DNA from: a virus
Lineage: Duplodnaviria; Caudoviricetes
Virus record (IMG/VR): IMGVR_UViG_3300043447_000372
Location: 1-26,635 of that record
Reading direction: 5' to 3' (one strand)
Length of the DNA: 26,635 bases
In this document: piece after piece, positions 23,209 to 26,635 of the stretch
Position numbering within the stretch: the stretch's first letter is position 1
Layout: each line of letters begins with the position of its first letter
Translations under genes and position numbers: made by a program
The notes under the pieces: model-generated
What the model was told of the DNA's origin: nothing
The model's input: only the letters and a program-made list of their open reading frames with translations
Databases searched by the model: none

Positions 23209-26060
23209 TATGCTGCTGTGTCTCCCACTACTATCCATGAGTTAGCTGCAATTTTTTCCAAAACAATTTCGCTGTACTGTACACGAGACTTGAATTGGCT
23301 ATCTGTTGCAACTACTGTAGTTGTTGCTGGTGTAGCTGCTGCTACTGTAATCTGTCCTGTTCCCATTTGGCGAATATTTACATATGTACCAATTGGCCAG
23401 TCATCGGACGCATCTGTTGGGATGCTTACTGATACTGCTGAATTGCTTGTGCAATGTACTGTTTTAAACATGTGCGTTGACTGAGCAACCGTTAATGATG
23501 TACCGCTGACAGAAACATAAGCAACCTTGTTGTCTTCTTGAACATAAGCGGTTGTAGCAACCTGTGTTGTGTTTGTAAGTGCTGCAGCTGTTGGAGCTGT
23601 TGGAGTTCCAGTTAGTGCTGGAGACTCTAGAGGAGCCTTATCATCTAGCTGTGTCTGAATTGCTGAGGTAACACCATTTAGGTAACCAAACTCAGTATTA
23701 GAAACATCTCCTACTGTAATTGATGAGGCAGTAAGTCCACCTACGCTAATGTCATCAAGTGATCCTTGTCCAAAGTTGACTGTGGATGTTGGTTCATCAG
23801 TTACGCCCTTGAAGAGTTTCCAAGTTCCTGCTGATGCATCACGAACAAGACCTACGTGCTGGTAAGTGCCGTCGTTCATTGCTCCAACAAATCCAATGTC
23901 ATTGATATTTGCTGTATTTCCTTCAGCAAGATAAATCATTGGATCTTCAAGTGTTAGGTCAGTCTGATTAATCTGTGTTGCTGTACCGCTAAAGGTTAAA
24001 GCTCCACCAATTTCAAGATCGTCAACAGTTACTGTTCCTGTGAATGTTCCTCCATCAAGAACGGCATCTACTGCATTATCAACATATCCCTTTGTAGCAA
24101 CTTCATTTCCTGCAACTGATGAGTCATTTATGTATACTTCATAACCAGGGTTTACATAGAGCATCATGTCTCCATCTATTGCTCCAAGCCCTAAACCAGA
24201 CCCACCTTGAATCTGGAGAGATACTCCTGTATTTGAAGCAATGTTCATTGATCCGTCAAGGAATCCGTAATCTTGCACTACTCCAGCGGTTCCAACAGCA
24301 AACTTGCCAACTGCAGTTATATCGTTAGCAGAAAAATTACCTGAACTGTCACGCTTTACTACCTTATTAGCAGTGTTTGCTGAAACAGCATCTGCTGATG
24401 CAAGTTTAGCCTCTATCTGTGTCTGAATCGCTGAGGTAACACCCTCAAGATAGCCAATTTCAGTATCTGTAACGTTTCCAACTCTCTTCTGAATAACACT
24501 TGTTCCCCACTTAATGTCTTTTCCAGAACCTGGGGTGAGGACTATGTTATCGTTAGAGCTTATTGTGAAGTCACCTGTATTATTTAGTGTGATATCTCCA
24601 GTAAATGTTGGAGAATCGCTTTGTGCTTTTGCATCAATCTGTGTTTGAATTGCAGAAGTGACACCATCAAGATATCCAATTTCTACCGAAGATACTCCAG
24701 ACACAACATCTTGTTTTGTACTTAGATCAATGTTACCTACTGCTGTGTCTACATATGTTGTTGTTGCAAGAGCTGTCATGTCTGCAACTCCATGAACGTT
24801 TGTAGTCTCTGATGCATGTGTTGATAAATCTGAAGATGTTGCAACAGTAGTTCCACTAAGCTTTAATGATGGAACATCAATTGATCCTCCAGTAATTGTG
24901 GAACCGTCAATTGTTGCAGTCTCTATTGTTGCAGACAATAATGTTTTGTTTTGTAGTGACTCTGTTCCAGAAATTGTAGCAATATTGGCATCTGTTACAG
25001 ATGTGTTTAATTCTGATAAAGTCATTGTTACTGAGTTATTGGCAAAATCAATACCCTTATTTGTAAGGGTCTGAGCATCACTAAGGGTTGCAACTGTGTC
25101 ATCAATACCAATTACGCCAGGAGCTGTCTCCCAGAGTCCTGTACCAGCAACTACTGTCTTTCCAGCATTAAATGGTGCGTAGGTAACTTCTGTTGTTCCT
25201 ACTGTGATTGCTCCAGATGTTGAGTTTACGAATCCGTACCCTGCATTTACATCTCCAGAAATAACTAGATTAAAGTCTCCAGCTTTGAACTCTCCAGCTG
25301 GTGAGTTATCTGCATCTGATGCACGAACAAGCTCCCAGTTAACCAGGGGTGATCCTACTACGGAAACAACATATACACCATTTTGCTTAGCATCTGTTTG
25401 ATCCTTGACAAGGACTCTATCATCTGCTAAAAGTGTTACTCCATCAATGACAAGCCCTGCCATTGTTCCTGAGTTAGTAAGTGTTGCACCAACTCCGCTT
25501 GTTCCGTTTGAGTATGATGCTGTAAGGGCTTCAACTGTGGCTGCTTTTACTGCCTCGTGAAAATTAATTCCTGAAACTACATTGTCAACGTAAAGCTTTG
25601 TTGCTGCTTCAAGGTCTGCTGTTGGTGCCTGAGATAGTGTAAGTGTTCCCGTAATTTCAACGTCATGGGATAGAGCAATGGTAATTGTGTCAGCTCCATC
25701 ATTGTATTCCTTGGAGATACCGTTTCCTGCTGTTATTGCTGATGCTACTGCATCCTGAGAAATTTCATCAATGTTTGGAATCTGTGAAGATAAAAGCTTT
25801 CCTGATCCATCAAGTGTTGCAACTCCAAGTGGCTGAGCAAGATCTGATGTTGGTACAAACCCATCAAGGCTGCCTCCGATAGATGCCTCATCAAGGAAGT
25901 ACTGAAGATCAACCCAGTGGTTAACGCCGTCACCAATCTTAAACTTGTTAGTATCTGATTCGTATCCAACTTCACCAGCTGCTAGAATTGGACCATTTCC
26001 ATTGTTAGTAGAGATCCACTGTGCTGCGGTTCCTCTACGCTGTTGCATTCTTGTTGACAT
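23208..26060 (-). CDS. Fibre-like structural protein (950 aa) with Mtd/hyaluronidase-type N-terminal anchor
   Basis: N-terminal QRRGTAAQW...LAAGEVGYESDTNKFKIGDG..W, repeated ATKxYVD and GYLxGVTSAIQTQ modules, Thr/Gly/Ser-rich; SD AAGGAG. Confidence 0.85.
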   Translation of the reverse strand: MSTRMQQRRGTAAQWISTNNGNGPILAAGEVGYESDTNKFKIGDGVNHWVDLQYFLDEASIGGSLDGFVPTSDLAQPLGVATLDGSGKLLSSQIPNIDEISQDAVASAITAGNGISKEYNDGADTITIALSHDVEITGTLTLSQAPTADLEAATKLYVDNVVSGINFHEAVKAATVEALTASYSNGTSGVGATLTNSGTMAGLVIDGVTLLADDRVLVKDQTDAKQNGVYVVSVVGSPLVNWELVRASDADNSPAGEFKAGDFNLVISGDVNAGYGFVNSTSGAITVGTTEVTYAPFNAGKTVVAGTGLWETAPGVIGIDDTVATLSDAQTLTNKGIDFANNSVTMTLSELNTSVTDANIATISGTESLQNKTLLSATIETATIDGSTITGGSIDVPSLKLSGTTVATSSDLSTHASETTNVHGVADMTALATTTYVDTAVGNIDLSTKQDVVSGVSSVEIGYLDGVTSAIQTQIDAKAQSDSPTFTGDITLNNTGDFTISSNDNIVLTPGSGKDIKWGTSVIQKRVGNVTDTEIGYLEGVTSAIQTQIEAKLASADAVSANTANKVVKRDSSGNFSANDITAVGKFAVGTAGVVQDYGFLDGSMNIASNTGVSLQIQGGSGLGLGAIDGDMMLYVNPGYEVYINDSSVAGNEVATKGYVDNAVDAVLDGGTFTGTVTVDDLEIGGALTFSGTATQINQTDLTLEDPMIYLAEGNTANINDIGFVGAMNDGTYQHVGLVRDASAGTWKLFKGVTDEPTSTVNFGQGSLDDISVGGLTASSITVGDVSNTEFGYLNGVTSAIQTQLDDKAPLESPALTGTPTAPTAAALTNTTQVATTAYVQEDNKVAYVSVSGTSLTVAQSTHMFKTVHCTSNSAVSVSIPTDASDDWPIGTYVNIRQMGTGQITVAAATPATTTVVATDSQFKSRVQYSEIVLEKIAANSWIVVGDTAA
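23650..24665. repeat. Three dispersed 26-bp repeats encoding GVTSAIQTQ
   Basis: 23650-23675 and 24418-24443 differ at one base; a more diverged copy is at 24640-24665. Confidence 0.8.
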
Positions 26061-26084
26061 TTATACTCCTTCAGGGTTGGTTAC

Positions 26085-26093
26085 ATTATATCA
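26085..26093 (-). promoter_or_regulatory. Extended -10 promoter TGATATAAT
   Basis: Intergenic, upstream of SD AAGGAG and the fibre gene ATG. Confidence 0.7.
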
Positions 26094-26098
26094 GATTA

Positions 26099-26566
26099 TT
26101 AATTATATGGATCTGTTGGGTTTCCGCCATCAAATACCAAATCTGGGTCTGTCGTGCTATAGAACTCTCCGTCAATTGTTACTACTTGGAGAGTGTCGTA
26201 GTATCCAGCATCCTGGAATATTGTTGTGATTAATCCATTACCACCAATAGATGTATCATGGATATGCTGGTGAAGATTGGCTGTATCTTCAAATGTAGCG
26301 ATCATTATCCAGGAAGATGTGTCAGAAGAATAGATGGATAGGTGACGAGAAACTGTATCAAAATACATTTGCCCATCAACTGGATTTGCTGGAGCTTCTA
26401 TCTCTGTTGATACAACAACTGTTCCTGTATGATTATCAACATATTCTTTTGTTGCTGCATGTGCTGCTTCTGTAGGAGTTCCTACTACAACTGAGCCACC
26501 AAAACTTCCCCCAAGGGCAACAACTAAGCCATTCTTGACTTTAAAATCTTTTTCTACTGTTGCCAT
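26099..26566 (-). CDS. Small virion/fibre-associated protein
   Basis: DFKVKNGL, PTEAAHAATKEYVD and APANPVDGQMYFDT modules typical of fibre-type proteins; SD AGGAG. Confidence 0.7.
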   Translation of the reverse strand: MATVEKDFKVKNGLVVALGGSFGGSVVVGTPTEAAHAATKEYVDNHTGTVVVSTEIEAPANPVDGQMYFDTVSRHLSIYSSDTSSWIMIATFEDTANLHQHIHDTSIGGNGLITTIFQDAGYYDTLQVVTIDGEFYSTTDPDLVFDGGNPTDPYN

Positions 26567-26595
26567 TTATCTCTCCTATTTGTTAATTTTATTGT

Positions 26596-26618
26596 GGGGG
26601 ATTTTGAAAGGATCCCCC
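26596..26618. terminator. GC-rich hairpin, possible terminator of an upstream gene
   Basis: GGGGGAT...ATCCCCC inverted repeat; no U tract on the minus strand. Confidence 0.45.
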
Positions 26619-26635
26619 GAACCTTTAGTTAATTA

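Noticed and set aside
23208-26060. Diversity-generating retroelement suggested by the Mtd-like N-terminus
   Set aside because: No reverse transcriptase and no template/variable repeat pair differing at adenines was seen in the window; this anchor domain is common in ordinary fibres.
110-26233. Numerous plus-strand ORFs and short alternative-frame minus ORFs in the track (e.g. 3253..3702, 5347..5784, 12516..12821, 8935..9150)
   Set aside because: They overlap well-supported minus-strand genes, show shadow-ORF composition and carry no recognisable motifs.
1-26635. tRNA genes, integrase/transposase, or stop-codon reassignment
   Set aside because: Intergenic gaps are short and accounted for, no such motifs were seen, and genes are full length and tightly packed under the standard code.

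Overview
This window is a fragment of a tailed dsDNA phage genome (siphovirus-like, moderately AT-rich), with every credible gene on the minus strand. In transcription order (right to left) it carries a small virion protein, a 950-aa fibre protein, a lectin-like protein split by a 20-Cys repeat insert, and a six-gene accessory cluster (three DUF6065/dUTPase-fold-like paralogs, two small paralogs, one CxxC protein). These are followed by a class II (B12-dependent) ribonucleotide reductase, a hypothetical protein, portal, prohead protease with a nested scaffold, major capsid protein, a stand-alone copy of the capsid N-terminal arm, head-tail connectors, tail tube, two paralogous tail assembly chaperones, a 2268-aa tape measure protein and the start of a distal-tail-like gene. 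Eight extended -10 promoters (TGnTAnAmT) at gene boundaries and several hairpins define the transcription units. Three genes look leaderless, which is compatible with, but does not prove, an actinobacterial host. Main candidate novelties: (1) a nested disulfide-ladder hairpin in a putative virion adhesin with a co-transcribed candidate maturation cluster; (2) a free-standing paralog of the capsid N-arm; (3) G and GT tail chaperones encoded by gene duplication instead of frameshifting; (4) a possible cargo domain inside the tape measure protein. All family assignments come from motif recognition by eye; no database searches were run.
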